Assembly (NCBI GenBank): GCA_038319835.1
Contig: JBBQDQ010000004.1
Location: 1 to 56,873, forward strand
Reading direction: 5' to 3'
Length of the DNA stretch: 56,873 bases
From: Thermoanaerobaculia bacterium
GTDB lineage: Bacteria; Acidobacteriota; Thermoanaerobaculia; UBA5066
A program made the position numbers and the translations under genes. Positions 1-9,401 of this stretch are shown here, piece after piece. Numbering within the stretch: position 1 is the stretch's first letter; each line of letters starts with the position of its first letter. Below the pieces are notes generated by a model, which made no database searches, was not told where the DNA came from, and saw only the letters and a program-made list of their open reading frames with translations.

Positions 1-518
1 TCGTCCGGGTTGGCGCCGAACGGGATGCGCGCGAGGTTCCAGAAGCGCACCCACGCGGCGCCTGCGAAAAGCGCGGCGCCGAAGGCGGCGAGCGCGACGC
101 GCGGTGTCCGGCCCGCCGGGAGCCGCGCCGCGCCCCATCGCTCCGGCACGTCCAGTCCGCGCCCGACCGCGACCGCCGTGGCGAGGAGCGCGGCGAGCGA
201 GAGCAGCCAGAACGCGACCGCCGGCCCCTCGGCCTCGCGCCAGTGGAGGATCCCCGACGCCGCCGCGCACGCCGCCGTGGCCGCCGATCCGGCCGCGAGG
301 AGGGACCCGCGGCGGGCGGGCGCGCCCGGCACGCCGGAGGCCTCCGCGGCCGGCCAGGCGCCCGGCGCGAGCACGAGGGCGCCGAGCAGCGTGAGCGCCG
401 CGCCCGCGTACCAGGCGTGGTCCGCCCGGACCACCGCCTCGCCCGCGGCCGCGAGCCCGAGGGCCGCGGCGCACGCGAGGCGCGGCCGGGAGTGCAGCGC
501 CGCAGCCGGTCGGATCAC
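1..518 (-). CDS. Integral membrane protein, N-terminal part only (gene runs off the left edge); candidate GT-C (ArnT/PMT-like) glycosyltransferase
   Basis: Absent from the ORF track because there is no stop inside the window. My translation of the minus strand from GTG 518..516 reads VIRPAAALH..YAGAALTLLGALVLAPGAW..AVAFWLLSLAALLATAVAVG..RTPRVALAAFGAALFAGAAWVRFWNLARIPFGANPD. Third positions are nearly all G/C in this frame. Hydrophobic helices are followed by a ..FWNL..IP.G.NPD(E) loop like the first periplasmic loop of GT-C enzymes. An in-frame alternative GTG lies at 149..147, so the start is uncertain. Confidence 0.5.
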   Translation of the reverse strand, partial: MIRPAAALHSRPRLACAAALGLAAAGEAVVRADHAWYAGAALTLLGALVLAPGAWPAAEASGVPGAPARRGSLLAAGSAATAACAAASGILHWREAEGPAVAFWLLSLAALLATAVAVGRGLDVPERWGAARLPAGRTPRVALAAFGAALFAGAAWVRFWNLARIPFGANPD

Positions 519-583
519 GGGGAATCAAGGTAGCACAGGCTTTCGCCCGCGCCTCGCCTCGCCGATAATCGCCCGGACTCTCC

Positions 584-3500
584 ATGCCGACACGAGGACC
601 CGCCCTGACTTTCCGACGCGGGCTCGCCCTCGTCTTCCTCCTCGCCGCCGCCGTGCGGATCGTGGGTCTGGACTTCGACCAGAACCACTTCTTCCACCCG
701 GACGAACGCGCGATCGGAGAGGCGATCACGCACCTCTCGTTCCGGCCGCTGCAGCTCAACCCCCATTTCTTCGCGTACGGGTCGTTGCCGTTCTACGTGA
801 CGCGGGCCGTCGCGTCCGCGCTCGCCGCCGTGACGCAGCGCCCGTGGTTCGCGTCCTACGACGGCGCGATCCACCTCGGGCGGTTCCTGTCCGCGCTCTG
901 GGGCGCGCTCACGTGCGTTCTGCTCGCCCTCCTCGGACGGCGCTGGTACGGCGAGGCCACGGGGCTCCTCGCGGGCGGCCTCCTCGCGTGCTCCGTCCTG
1001 CACGTCCAGACCTCCCACTACGCGGCGACGGACGTCGCCCTCACCCTCATGGTCCTCCTCGCGCTCGTCTGCAACGCGCGGTTCGCGAACCGCGGCCGCG
1101 TCCGCGACGCCCTTCTCGCCGGCCTGGCGACGGGTCTCGCGCTCGCGACGAAGGCGAGCGCCGCGCCGCTCGCCCTGCCTCTCGCGCTCGCGGCGTTCCT
1201 CTCCGTACGCGCCTCGCGGAAATGGGGGCACGCCCTGGGTCTCGCGACGCTCGCGAGCATGGCGGCCCTCTCGGGCTTCGCGCTCGGCGAGCCCTATGCC
1301 TTCCTGGACTTCCGGGAGTTCTGGCGCTCGGTCTCCGAGCAAGGCGCGATGGTCCGGCACGCGGGCCTCCTGCCGTATACGAACCAGTACATCGGTGTTC
1401 CCCATTTCCTCTACGAGGGCAAGGAGATCGTCCTCTGGACGCTCGGCCCGCTTCTGGGCCTCGCGGCGCTGTGGGCGGCGGCCGCGACCCTCACGTCATT
1501 CCGCCGCTTCCGGCCCGGCGAGTGGATCCTCGCGTCGTTCTTCGTGCCGTACGTCCTCATCACCTGCACGTTCGAGGTGAAGTTCCCGCGCTATCTCCTG
1601 CCCGTCTACCCGATCCTCGCGCTCTGGACCGCGGCGTGGCTGACGCGGCGGGCCGAAGCGGGCCGGGCCGGACGCGTCCTCAGGGCCGCGGTCGTGGCGG
1701 GGGCGGCGGTCTGGACCCTCGCGTTCCTCGCAATCTACGCTCGCCCGCACAGCGCGGTCACGGCCTCGCGCTGGTTCCACGAGAACGTCCCCGACGGGAC
1801 CCGCGTTCTCGAGCAGGACTGGGACGAGGGCTTCCCGTTCTCGTTCCCCGGCCAGCCGGCGGAGCGCTACCCGACCGTGATGTTCGGGTTCTACGAGGAG
1901 GACTCGCCGGCGAAGATGGCGAAGCTCGCCAGGGAGCTCGCCGTGGCGGACCGCGTCGTCCTCCAGACGAAGAGGCTCTACGGCGCGGTGACGCGAGCCC
2001 CGGACAAGTTCCCGTTCACGAACCGCGCGTTCCGCCTGCTCTTCGCGGGCGACCTCGGCTTCACGCTCACGAAGTCGGTCGCGTCCCGACCGTCGCTCTT
2101 CGGCCTCGACCTGCCCGACGAGCTCGCCGATGAGTCGCTCAGCGTCTACGACCATCCGAAGATCCTGATCTTCGAGAACCGCGAGAAGCTCCCGGCTGCC
2201 GAGATCGAGGCCCGGCTTCTCACCCGCGTCCCGTCCCGCGTTCTGTCGCGGAACGACCTGCTCCTCGCCGAGCCCGCGGCCTCCGCGCGTTCCGCCTCCG
2301 ACGCCGACGGCGCCGGCGGGGGGCCGGGGCTGCCCACGCTGCGCTTCGGGCCGACCGCCCTCCTGCTCTTCGCGGGCTTCCTCGAGATCCTCGGCCTCGC
2401 CGGTTACGCGATCCTCGCCGCTGCGCTGCCCGAACGCCCCGGTCTCTACGCGCTCGGAAAGACCTGCGGCGTCCTTTTCTTCGCGTTCGGCTCGTGGCTC
2501 CTCGTGTCGTGGCGCTGGGCGGCGTTCGGGCGGCCGCTCCTCCTCGCGTGGGCGGCGGCGCTCGCCGCCGGCGCGTGGACGCTCGCGCGCCGCCGGCCCT
2601 TCGCCGCGCCGTGGGCGGAGATCTGGAAGACGGAGCTCGTGGCGTGGGGGACGTTCCTCTTTTTCCTCGCCTTCCGCGCCGCGAGCCCGGAGATCTTCTT
2701 CGGCGAGAAGCCGATGGACTTCGCGTTCCTCAACGCGCTCCTCAGGTCCACGGTCCTTCCCCCGCCCGAGCCCTGGCTCGCGGGCTCCACGCTCTCGTAC
2801 ACCTACTTCGGGCACTACGCGCTCGCCGCCGCCGGCAAGCTGCTCGGAATCCATCCCGGGCTCCTCTTCAACCTCGGGATCGCGGGTACGGCGAGCCTCA
2901 CGGCGTGCGGGGTCCTCGCCGCCGGCGCGGCGCTCGGCGGGCGGCTGCGCGCCGGCGCCGTGGCCGCGCTCCTCGCCATGTTCACGGCGCCGCCGTCGGG
3001 AGTGCGCGAAGCCGTCCTCCGCTGGAAGGCCGGCCAGCCGCTCGACTGGCACTACTTCTGGGCGACGTCGCGCGTGATCGCCCCGAACGGGATCAGCGAG
3101 TACCCGCTCTGGACGTTCCTCTTCGCCGACCTCCACGCACACGCCCTGGCGATGCCGTACACGACGGCGTTCCTCGCGCTCCTCCTCGTCGCGGCCACGC
3201 GCGACATCGCGCCGACCCCGCGCGAGGAGGCCGCCACGATCGGCCTCCTCGGCCTCCTCCTGGCGGCGATCCAGATCACGAACGGATGGGCGATCCCGAC
3301 CTACGCCTGCGTTCTCGTTTTCGTCCCGCTCGCCGGGTACGTCGTGGCCCGACCCGGCGGCACCGCGGCATCCCTCGCGGGTTTCTTCCGCGCGGTCGTG
3401 TGGCCCGTCGCCGGCACCATTGTCGTGGCCGTCCTTCTCACCCGCCCGTTCTGGGCGCACTTCACGCCGCCGCCCCGCAACTGGGGGCGCGAGGTCGGGC

Positions 3501-5374
3501 CGTTCGCCTCGCCGTGGGACTTCTTCAACGTGTGGGCGTTCTTCCTCGCTCTCCTCGTGCCGTTCGTCTTCACGGTCCTCCGCCAGGGCGACCCGCCTCC
3601 CGGCCGCGTGGCGCGCGCCCTCCGCGCGGCGTTCGCGCTCGCCCTCCCGCTCTCGCTCCTCTCGATCGGATTCCGGCCGTGGCATCTCGACCAGGCCGAG
3701 TCGATCCGCGCGTTCACGGCCATCGCGTGCGTCGTAGCGGCCTGGGCGGTGCTCCGGCGGGGCGCGAGCCGCGAATTCCGTCTGGCCGCGGCGATTGCGG
3801 CCTTCGGGTTCGCCGTCCTCACAGGATGCGAGGTCGTCTACGTGTGGGATCGGATGAACACGATCTTCAAATTCCACCTCGAGGTGTGGTTCTTCTTCGC
3901 CGTCGCCGGCGCATCCGCGTGGCGGCTCCTCCGTTCCTCCGGCGGGCTGCTCTGGAAGGGCGCCGCCGCGATCGCGTTCGCCGCGTGCCTCTTTACGGTC
4001 CTCACGGCGGCGCCGGGTTACCTGCGCAACCCCGGCCACGAGGACTGGCCGAAGGGGACGCTCGACGGGACCGCCTACCTCGAGACCCAGGCGCCCGGCG
4101 ACCGCGGGGCGTACGAGTGGATCAACACGAACGTCCGTGGCGTCCCCGTGATCCTCGAAGCGCAGGGCGACGCGTACCAGGAGTTCTCGCGCTACACGAT
4201 GATGACGGGGCTCCCGACCGTGCTCGGCTGGGAGTACCACACGTTCCAGCGCGGCCACAGCCAGCCGGAGATCGACCGGCGGAAGGCCGACGTGAAGGCG
4301 GCGTACACGGCCCACGAGCGGGACGACGTCGCGGCCGTCCTGCGGCGCTACCACGTCGCGCTCGTCGCCGTCGGGCCGCTGGAACGGAAGACTTATGGCA
4401 GCGGCCTCCTGGAGCGCTTCGGAGCGTGGACGGATCTCCTGACGCCCGTCTACCGGAACCCCGAGGTGACGCTGTTCGCCGTGAACGGCGCTTTCGCGCC
4501 CGGCGCCGCGACGCCGCCCCTCCGGGTCGAGGAGCTGCCGGCTCCCCGCACCGCAGCTCCGGCCTCGCAGGCCCCGCAGCAGCCCGCCGGGCAGGTGCGC
4601 CAGCCGCGCGGCCTCGCGTCGGACGCGAAGGGGAACGTCTACGTCGCCGACTTCGGCAACGTCCGCGTGCAGGTTCTCAAGCCGGACCTCTCTCCCCTGT
4701 TCTCAATCGGCTCCCTCGGCTCCGGTCCCGGCCAGTTCCGCGACCCGTGCGGAGTCGCCGTGGACGGCAAGGGCCAGATCTACGTCGCGGACACGTGGAA
4801 CGGCCGCATCCAGGTGTTCGACCCGAAGGGCGCCTACCAGCGCGAGTTCGCGTCGGACTTCTTCGGGCCCCGCGGGATCGTGGTCGACGCGAAGGGCACG
4901 GTCTTCGTGGCCGACACGGGCAACAGCCGCGTCGTGCGGTTCAGCCCGGACGGACTGAAGGAAGCGGCGTGGGGGCGCGAGCCGGGCGCCGGGAAGCTCG
5001 CCGAGCCACAGGGCCTCGCGCTCGGCAAGGACGGCCTCCTCTACGTCGCGGACAACGGCAACGCACGGGTGGCGGTGTTCACGAAGGACGGCGCGTTCGT
5101 AAGCGCGTTCGGCGTGTCCGGCTGGAAGCGCGAGGTGATGGGCGAGCCCTACGTTGCGGTGGACGCCGCCGGCACGGTCTGGGCGTCCGTGCCGCTCGAG
5201 GGCGAGGTGCGCGGGTACGCGCCCTCCGGGAAGCTCCTCGCGACGGCGCGCGGGAAGGACCAGCTCGAGGGCCAGCGCTTCGAGCACCCCTCCGGCATCG
5301 CGCTCCTCCCGGGCGGCCGTCTCGCGGTCGCGGATCTCGAGGGGCGCGTCGTCGTGATCAGCCTCCCGAAGTGA
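584..5374 (+). CDS. 1596-aa three-module membrane protein: PMT_2/ArnT-like GT-C module + DUF2298 (Chlor_Arch_YYY) module + C-terminal NHL-repeat beta-propeller
   Basis: Uninterrupted ORF starting at ATG 584, with GATAAT at 564-569 upstream. The N-terminus has a TM helix followed by 'FFHPDERAIGE'. The middle (nt ~2340-4500) carries 'GEKPMDFAFLNALLRS..PWLAGSTLSYTYFGHY' and 'GLPTVLGWEYH', paralogous to the gene at 21613..23706. The last ~259 aa (nt ~4595-5371) carry NHL-like repeats: GNVYVADFGNVRVQVL, GQIYVADTWNGRIQVF, GTVFVADTGNSRVVRF, GLLYVADNGNARVAVF, RLAVADLEGRVVVI. Confidence 0.9.
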   Translation: MPTRGPALTFRRGLALVFLLAAAVRIVGLDFDQNHFFHPDERAIGEAITHLSFRPLQLNPHFFAYGSLPFYVTRAVASALAAVTQRPWFASYDGAIHLGRFLSALWGALTCVLLALLGRRWYGEATGLLAGGLLACSVLHVQTSHYAATDVALTLMVLLALVCNARFANRGRVRDALLAGLATGLALATKASAAPLALPLALAAFLSVRASRKWGHALGLATLASMAALSGFALGEPYAFLDFREFWRSVSEQGAMVRHAGLLPYTNQYIGVPHFLYEGKEIVLWTLGPLLGLAALWAAAATLTSFRRFRPGEWILASFFVPYVLITCTFEVKFPRYLLPVYPILALWTAAWLTRRAEAGRAGRVLRAAVVAGAAVWTLAFLAIYARPHSAVTASRWFHENVPDGTRVLEQDWDEGFPFSFPGQPAERYPTVMFGFYEEDSPAKMAKLARELAVADRVVLQTKRLYGAVTRAPDKFPFTNRAFRLLFAGDLGFTLTKSVASRPSLFGLDLPDELADESLSVYDHPKILIFENREKLPAAEIEARLLTRVPSRVLSRNDLLLAEPAASARSASDADGAGGGPGLPTLRFGPTALLLFAGFLEILGLAGYAILAAALPERPGLYALGKTCGVLFFAFGSWLLVSWRWAAFGRPLLLAWAAALAAGAWTLARRRPFAAPWAEIWKTELVAWGTFLFFLAFRAASPEIFFGEKPMDFAFLNALLRSTVLPPPEPWLAGSTLSYTYFGHYALAAAGKLLGIHPGLLFNLGIAGTASLTACGVLAAGAALGGRLRAGAVAALLAMFTAPPSGVREAVLRWKAGQPLDWHYFWATSRVIAPNGISEYPLWTFLFADLHAHALAMPYTTAFLALLLVAATRDIAPTPREEAATIGLLGLLLAAIQITNGWAIPTYACVLVFVPLAGYVVARPGGTAASLAGFFRAVVWPVAGTIVVAVLLTRPFWAHFTPPPRNWGREVGPFASPWDFFNVWAFFLALLVPFVFTVLRQGDPPPGRVARALRAAFALALPLSLLSIGFRPWHLDQAESIRAFTAIACVVAAWAVLRRGASREFRLAAAIAAFGFAVLTGCEVVYVWDRMNTIFKFHLEVWFFFAVAGASAWRLLRSSGGLLWKGAAAIAFAACLFTVLTAAPGYLRNPGHEDWPKGTLDGTAYLETQAPGDRGAYEWINTNVRGVPVILEAQGDAYQEFSRYTMMTGLPTVLGWEYHTFQRGHSQPEIDRRKADVKAAYTAHERDDVAAVLRRYHVALVAVGPLERKTYGSGLLERFGAWTDLLTPVYRNPEVTLFAVNGAFAPGAATPPLRVEELPAPRTAAPASQAPQQPAGQVRQPRGLASDAKGNVYVADFGNVRVQVLKPDLSPLFSIGSLGSGPGQFRDPCGVAVDGKGQIYVADTWNGRIQVFDPKGAYQREFASDFFGPRGIVVDAKGTVFVADTGNSRVVRFSPDGLKEAAWGREPGAGKLAEPQGLALGKDGLLYVADNGNARVAVFTKDGAFVSAFGVSGWKREVMGEPYVAVDAAGTVWASVPLEGEVRGYAPSGKLLATARGKDQLEGQRFEHPSGIALLPGGRLAVADLEGRVVVISLPK

Positions 5375-5403
5375 AAAAGCGGGGCCGGCCCCCGGCCGGC
5401 CCC
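5374..5403 (-). terminator. Intrinsic terminator for the outer-membrane protein gene 5435..8455
   Basis: Perfect 10-bp GC stem ggggccggcc (5381-5390) / ggccggcccc (5394-5403) with a 3-nt loop. On the minus strand it is followed by gcTTTTTcac (5380-5371). The T-run overlaps the TGA stop of the convergent gene 584..5374. Confidence 0.6.
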
Positions 5404-5434
5404 GTGGTTCAGGAGGTCGTGGGCGGGTGCGAGG

Positions 5435-8400
5435 TCAGAACGAGACGCGCGCGCCCACGCGCACGACTCGCGGAGCCTGCCAGTTGATGTCCTTTCCGTA
5501 CGTCGGGTTCGAGGCGCAGGCCGCGTTCGAAAGGCTCGCGTTCTGCGCCGTGCAGCCCGGCTGGCCGATGCCGCTGCGCGGATCGTTCCCCGCGAGACCG
5601 CTCGTGTTGTTGAAGAGCTCCTCGCGGCTCGTGACGCCCTGCCGGTTGATCAGGTTGAAGACGTCGAGGATCGGCGTGATCGAGACGGCGCCGAACCGGA
5701 ATCCGTATTCGAGGTGGAGATCAGCCTCGAACGTGGAGGGAAGGTCGCCCGCCGAGCCGCGCGGGACGAGATAGCCCTCCTGCGAATAGCCCGCGCCGCA
5801 CGCGATCGCGTCCTGTGCGCAGCCGCGGATCGAGTAGGGCCGGCCCGTTGCGAAGTTCGCGTTCGCACCCACGGTGAGGCCGAACGGGAAGGCGTAGTAG
5901 CCCGACACCTTGACCTGGTGCGTCCGGTCGTTGCGGAGCCGGCCGAACGCGTTCGTCACGAGGCCGGGGTAATCGAAGTCCGCGTTGATGTTCGGGTCGG
6001 CCTGGCCGCCCTCGCGCGTCTGCGAGAGGTTGCCGGAGTAGTTGCCTTCGAGCTTCGAATAGAGGTAGCTCGCGAGCACGTAGAAGCTGTCCGAGAAGCG
6101 GTGCGAGGCCGTGACCTCGAGGCCGCGGAAGTACCGGCGCGGCTGCGTGGAGTCGCAGGGCGAGCTCGGGACGAGGTTGCCGTTCGCGTCCGCATCGCCG
6201 TTCGGATAGCAGGTCGGGTCCGCGGGATCCTTGATGTTGCCGAGCGAATCGCCCTGCCCGGGATTGATGAGGGCGCACGTCGCGGGGCTCGACGGGTTGA
6301 AGTAGGGAGCGAGGTCCGGGTTGATCGCGAGGTCGCAACGGTCCTCGACCGCCCGCCCGAGAGAGCGGTAGATGCCCTTCACCCCGATCGCCCAGTTCTT
6401 CGCGATCTCGAACTCGAACCCGAGGATCGCCTCGTCCTGGTACATCCCCTTGAGCCCGCTCTGGGTCAGCTCCCCGCCCTGGACGACGGGTGCGCCGAAA
6501 AAGAGGTCGACCGGGTCCGGTGTCGAGCTCGAGTTGCGCGTGATGATGGTGTACTCGTTGCCCAGCGCACGCGTCTGGATGTCCTGCGGGATCGTCATAT
6601 AGAAGCGGCCGACGTTCCCGTAGACCTTCGATCTGCCGTTGTTCATGAAGTCCCACACGACGCCGAGGCGCGGGGACCACTCGTTCGTGACCTTCACGAT
6701 CGTCGCGCCCGTGTAGTCCTGGAGCGACTGCTGCTCGTACCGGATGCCGGCGTTGATCGTGACGTTCTTGAGGGGCTTGAACGAGTCCTGGAGGAACACC
6801 GCGGCGTTGTCGGTGATCGGGTTGTTGTCGACCGTCGACGCGATCGCGTACCCGGTGCAGTTCGGGAACGCGGCCGGCCCGGTCGGGTCGATCTTCCCCG
6901 TGCAGTTCGCGCCGCTGAGCGGCGTCTGCGCGAAATAGCGGTGCTGGTAATTGCGCAGCGTCCCGTCGGCCGCGAGGCGCGTCCGGATACGGTCCGTCCC
7001 GCCGTAGGATTCCGTGAAGTCGGAGTTCAAATGCTCCCAGTCGATTCCCGCCTTGATCTCGTGGCTCCCGGTGAAGATCGAGCCCGCCAGCTTGTAGACA
7101 TATCGCTGGTACGTCTCGTCAACGAGGATGACCGGGCCGGTGCCCGGCAGCGCTTCTGTCGTGAAGCCGGCCTGCTGGACCTCGCGGTAAGGGTTCCCCG
7201 CGAGCGGGCTCGTGTCGTCGCGCCGGTCGGTGTGATAACCGACCTGCCCCTGCAGAAGGAAGCTGGTCCCGAAGATCCCGTCGTACTTGAGGGATCCGTC
7301 GGTGCCTCCGACCTTGCGGTCGACGATGAAGGCGCCGCTGTCTCCGACCATCGTGGAGATCTGCGTGAGATCGTACCGGCCGTGGAACGTGCCTGGGTCT
7401 CCGAACGCGGACGCCGTCAAGGTGTTCGACTCTCCGAGCCGGAACGTGAGCTTTCCCGAGAACAGGTTGTTTCGGTACGTATCCGTGTCGCCCGTCTGCG
7501 TCGTCCGGCCTGACCCGTCGCGCAGCTGGGAAAGCGTCCGCGTGTAGTCCTGATCCTGGTTCACGCGGTCGTACGCGCCGAAGAACCAGACCCGGTCTTT
7601 CACGAAGTACCCGCCGAGGTCGGCGCCGAAGTCCACGCGCTTCGGGCTGTAGAACTGGCCCTGGTTCACGGCGGACCGGTCGCCCGCGCGCTCGTCGCTC
7701 GACGCGAGAGACGACGAGTCGTAGTACCCGAAGGCGTCGCCATGGAACTCGTTGCCTCCGGACTTGGTGACGACGTTGATCGTCCCGCCGAGGACGCGGC
7801 CGTACTCGGCCTCGTAGCCGCCCGTCTTGACCTCGACCTCCTGGACGAACTCGTTGTTCAGCGACTTGGCCTGCGTGCCCGTCTTGACGCCGGTCGTGTT
7901 GACGCCGTCGATGATGTAGGCGTTCTCGAGGCCCGTCGCGCCATAGATCGTGATGTTGCCCGTGACGTCCGTACCGGTGCCCGCGACCGTGTTCGCGATC
8001 GAGACGAAGTTCCGGCCGATCGGGAGGCGCTGCATCGTCTCGAGCGTGGCGGTCGCGCCGATCGTCGTGCGCGTCGTGTCGATCGAAGGCGCCTCGGCCG
8101 TGACGACGAGGTCTTCCTTGACGGACACCGCGAGCTGGAGGCTCACCGTCGTCGTCGCGCCGAGGGACACCTTCTGGCCCGTGCGCTCCGCCGACGCGAA
8201 GCCCCCGAGCTTCGCCGTGACCGCGTAAACTCCCGGGGCGAGCGCCGGGAAGCGGTACCGCCCCGCCGCGTCCGTCACGGCCGTTCGTGCGCCCTGAAGG
8301 CTCGGCGATCTCAGCTCGACGCTGGCACCAGGCAGCGGGCCCCCGTTCTGGTCTGCGACGGTCCCGTCCAGGTCGCCCGTCGTCTGCGCAAACGCGGAGC

Positions 8401-8455
8401 CAGCAGCGAACGCCGCAAGGAAAAGGATCAACACGACGCGACATCGATGGCGCAT
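5435..8455 (-). CDS. Outer-membrane TonB-dependent-receptor-like protein with an N-terminal carboxypeptidase-regulatory-like domain
   Basis: Signal peptide MRHRCRVVLILFLAAFAAGSAFAQ. CarboxypepD_reg-like 'GTVADQNGGPLPGASVELRS..AVTDAAGRYRFPALAPGVYAVTAKLGGF'. Plug-like 'LPIGRNFVSIANTVAGT..ITIYGATGLENAYIIDGVNTTG'. Long beta-rich body ending in ..VGARVSF (terminal Phe). RBS gggaggag lies upstream of the ATG. Confidence 0.9.
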   Translation of the reverse strand: MRHRCRVVLILFLAAFAAGSAFAQTTGDLDGTVADQNGGPLPGASVELRSPSLQGARTAVTDAAGRYRFPALAPGVYAVTAKLGGFASAERTGQKVSLGATTTVSLQLAVSVKEDLVVTAEAPSIDTTRTTIGATATLETMQRLPIGRNFVSIANTVAGTGTDVTGNITIYGATGLENAYIIDGVNTTGVKTGTQAKSLNNEFVQEVEVKTGGYEAEYGRVLGGTINVVTKSGGNEFHGDAFGYYDSSSLASSDERAGDRSAVNQGQFYSPKRVDFGADLGGYFVKDRVWFFGAYDRVNQDQDYTRTLSQLRDGSGRTTQTGDTDTYRNNLFSGKLTFRLGESNTLTASAFGDPGTFHGRYDLTQISTMVGDSGAFIVDRKVGGTDGSLKYDGIFGTSFLLQGQVGYHTDRRDDTSPLAGNPYREVQQAGFTTEALPGTGPVILVDETYQRYVYKLAGSIFTGSHEIKAGIDWEHLNSDFTESYGGTDRIRTRLAADGTLRNYQHRYFAQTPLSGANCTGKIDPTGPAAFPNCTGYAIASTVDNNPITDNAAVFLQDSFKPLKNVTINAGIRYEQQSLQDYTGATIVKVTNEWSPRLGVVWDFMNNGRSKVYGNVGRFYMTIPQDIQTRALGNEYTIITRNSSSTPDPVDLFFGAPVVQGGELTQSGLKGMYQDEAILGFEFEIAKNWAIGVKGIYRSLGRAVEDRCDLAINPDLAPYFNPSSPATCALINPGQGDSLGNIKDPADPTCYPNGDADANGNLVPSSPCDSTQPRRYFRGLEVTASHRFSDSFYVLASYLYSKLEGNYSGNLSQTREGGQADPNINADFDYPGLVTNAFGRLRNDRTHQVKVSGYYAFPFGLTVGANANFATGRPYSIRGCAQDAIACGAGYSQEGYLVPRGSAGDLPSTFEADLHLEYGFRFGAVSITPILDVFNLINRQGVTSREELFNNTSGLAGNDPRSGIGQPGCTAQNASLSNAACASNPTYGKDINWQAPRVVRVGARVSF

Positions 8456-8492
8456 GAACTCCTCCCGTGGATCGGCAAAGGGCCGAATCCTG

Positions 8493-8564
8493 CGGACGAG
8501 AGTGGGTCCGCGACCGCCGCTTCACATCGGGTTTGGGACGGGGCGTCGCGGCGCCGGGACGAGG
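8493..8564 (-). promoter_or_regulatory. Three GGACG(A/G)G repeats phased at 42 and 21 nt upstream of the OMP gene; candidate response-regulator operator
   Basis: Plus-strand copies are cGGACGAG (8493-8500), gGGACGGG (8535-8542) and gGGACGAG (8556-8563). Core starts at 8494, 8536 and 8557 are separated by multiples of 21 nt. They lie 38-109 nt upstream of ATG 8455. Confidence 0.3.
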
Positions 8565-8621
8565 TATCGGGAGCGCGGGGCCGGCGCCCCGGTCATTCAA
8601 GACTTTGGTGCGGACCGCGCT

Positions 8622-9401
8622 TCAGGCCGACAGCGTGCGGCCCCGAAGCTCGTCGAGCTTTTCCCGGTACGTCGCGCTCATCGTGAGCTGGCGGTCGTCC
8701 CGAAGGATCACGACGTAGTCGCCGTGGAACCAAGGCTGGAGCTCCTTGATCCGCTCGATGTTGACCATCGTGGACCGATGGATCCGGATGAAGCGGTCCG
8801 GGTCGAGCTTCGTCTCGAGCCCGTTCATCGTCTCGCGCAGCAGATGGGACTCGGCGCCGACATGGAGTCGCACGTAGTTGCCCGCCGCCTCCACCCAGTC
8901 GACGTCCGCCGTCCGGAGGAAGTACAGGCGCCCGCCCGACTTGATCATGATCCGCTTCAGGTAGGACTTCTGCGGCCGCATCTCCTCGAGAAGCGCGACG
9001 AGCTGCCCCGAGATGTCCGTCGACTTTCCGCGCGTGATCTGCGCCCGCGCGTGCTCGAGGGCCTTCTGCAGGCGCTCGCGTCCGAAGGGCTTGAGGATGT
9101 AGTCGACCGCGCGCACGTCGAAGGCCCGGAGCGCGTACTGGTCGTATGCCGTCACGAATACGATCGCGGGAATGCGTTCCGCCCCGATGCTCTCCAGGAT
9201 CCGGAAGCCGTCGAGATTCGGGACCTGGACGTCGAGAAACACGAGGTCCGGCTTGAGCTCCTCGATCGCGACGACCGCCTGGCATCCGTCGCCGCACTCC
9301 CCGACGACCTCGACTCCCGGCTCCTCGGACAGGAGCGTCCGGAGCCGCTCGCGCGCGAGGGGTTCGTCATCGACGATGAGAGTGCGGACGTTCGGGCGCA
9401 T
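8622..9401 (-). CDS. LytTR-family DNA-binding response regulator
   Basis: Uses the internal ATG (9401..9399) of ORF 8622..10115; the upstream part of that ORF is Arg/Gly/Pro junk. Receiver: 'TLIVDDEPLARERL..LVFLDVQVPNLDG..AIVFVTAYDQYA..DYILKP'. LytTR: 'RIMIKSGGRLYFLRTADVDWVEAAGNYVRLH..FIRIHRSTMVNIERIKEL'. Confidence 0.9.
   Translation of the reverse strand: MRPNVRTLIVDDEPLARERLRTLLSEEPGVEVVGECGDGCQAVVAIEELKPDLVFLDVQVPNLDGFRILESIGAERIPAIVFVTAYDQYALRAFDVRAVDYILKPFGRERLQKALEHARAQITRGKSTDISGQLVALLEEMRPQKSYLKRIMIKSGGRLYFLRTADVDWVEAAGNYVRLHVGAESHLLRETMNGLETKLDPDRFIRIHRSTMVNIERIKELQPWFHGDYVVILRDDRQLTMSATYREKLDELRGRTLSA

Noticed and set aside
8560-8600. GC hairpin (ggggc-cggc-gcccc) after the regulator gene as a terminator separating it from OMP1.
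   Set aside because: The stem is only 5 bp and there is no U-tract on the transcribed strand. That is too weak to call.
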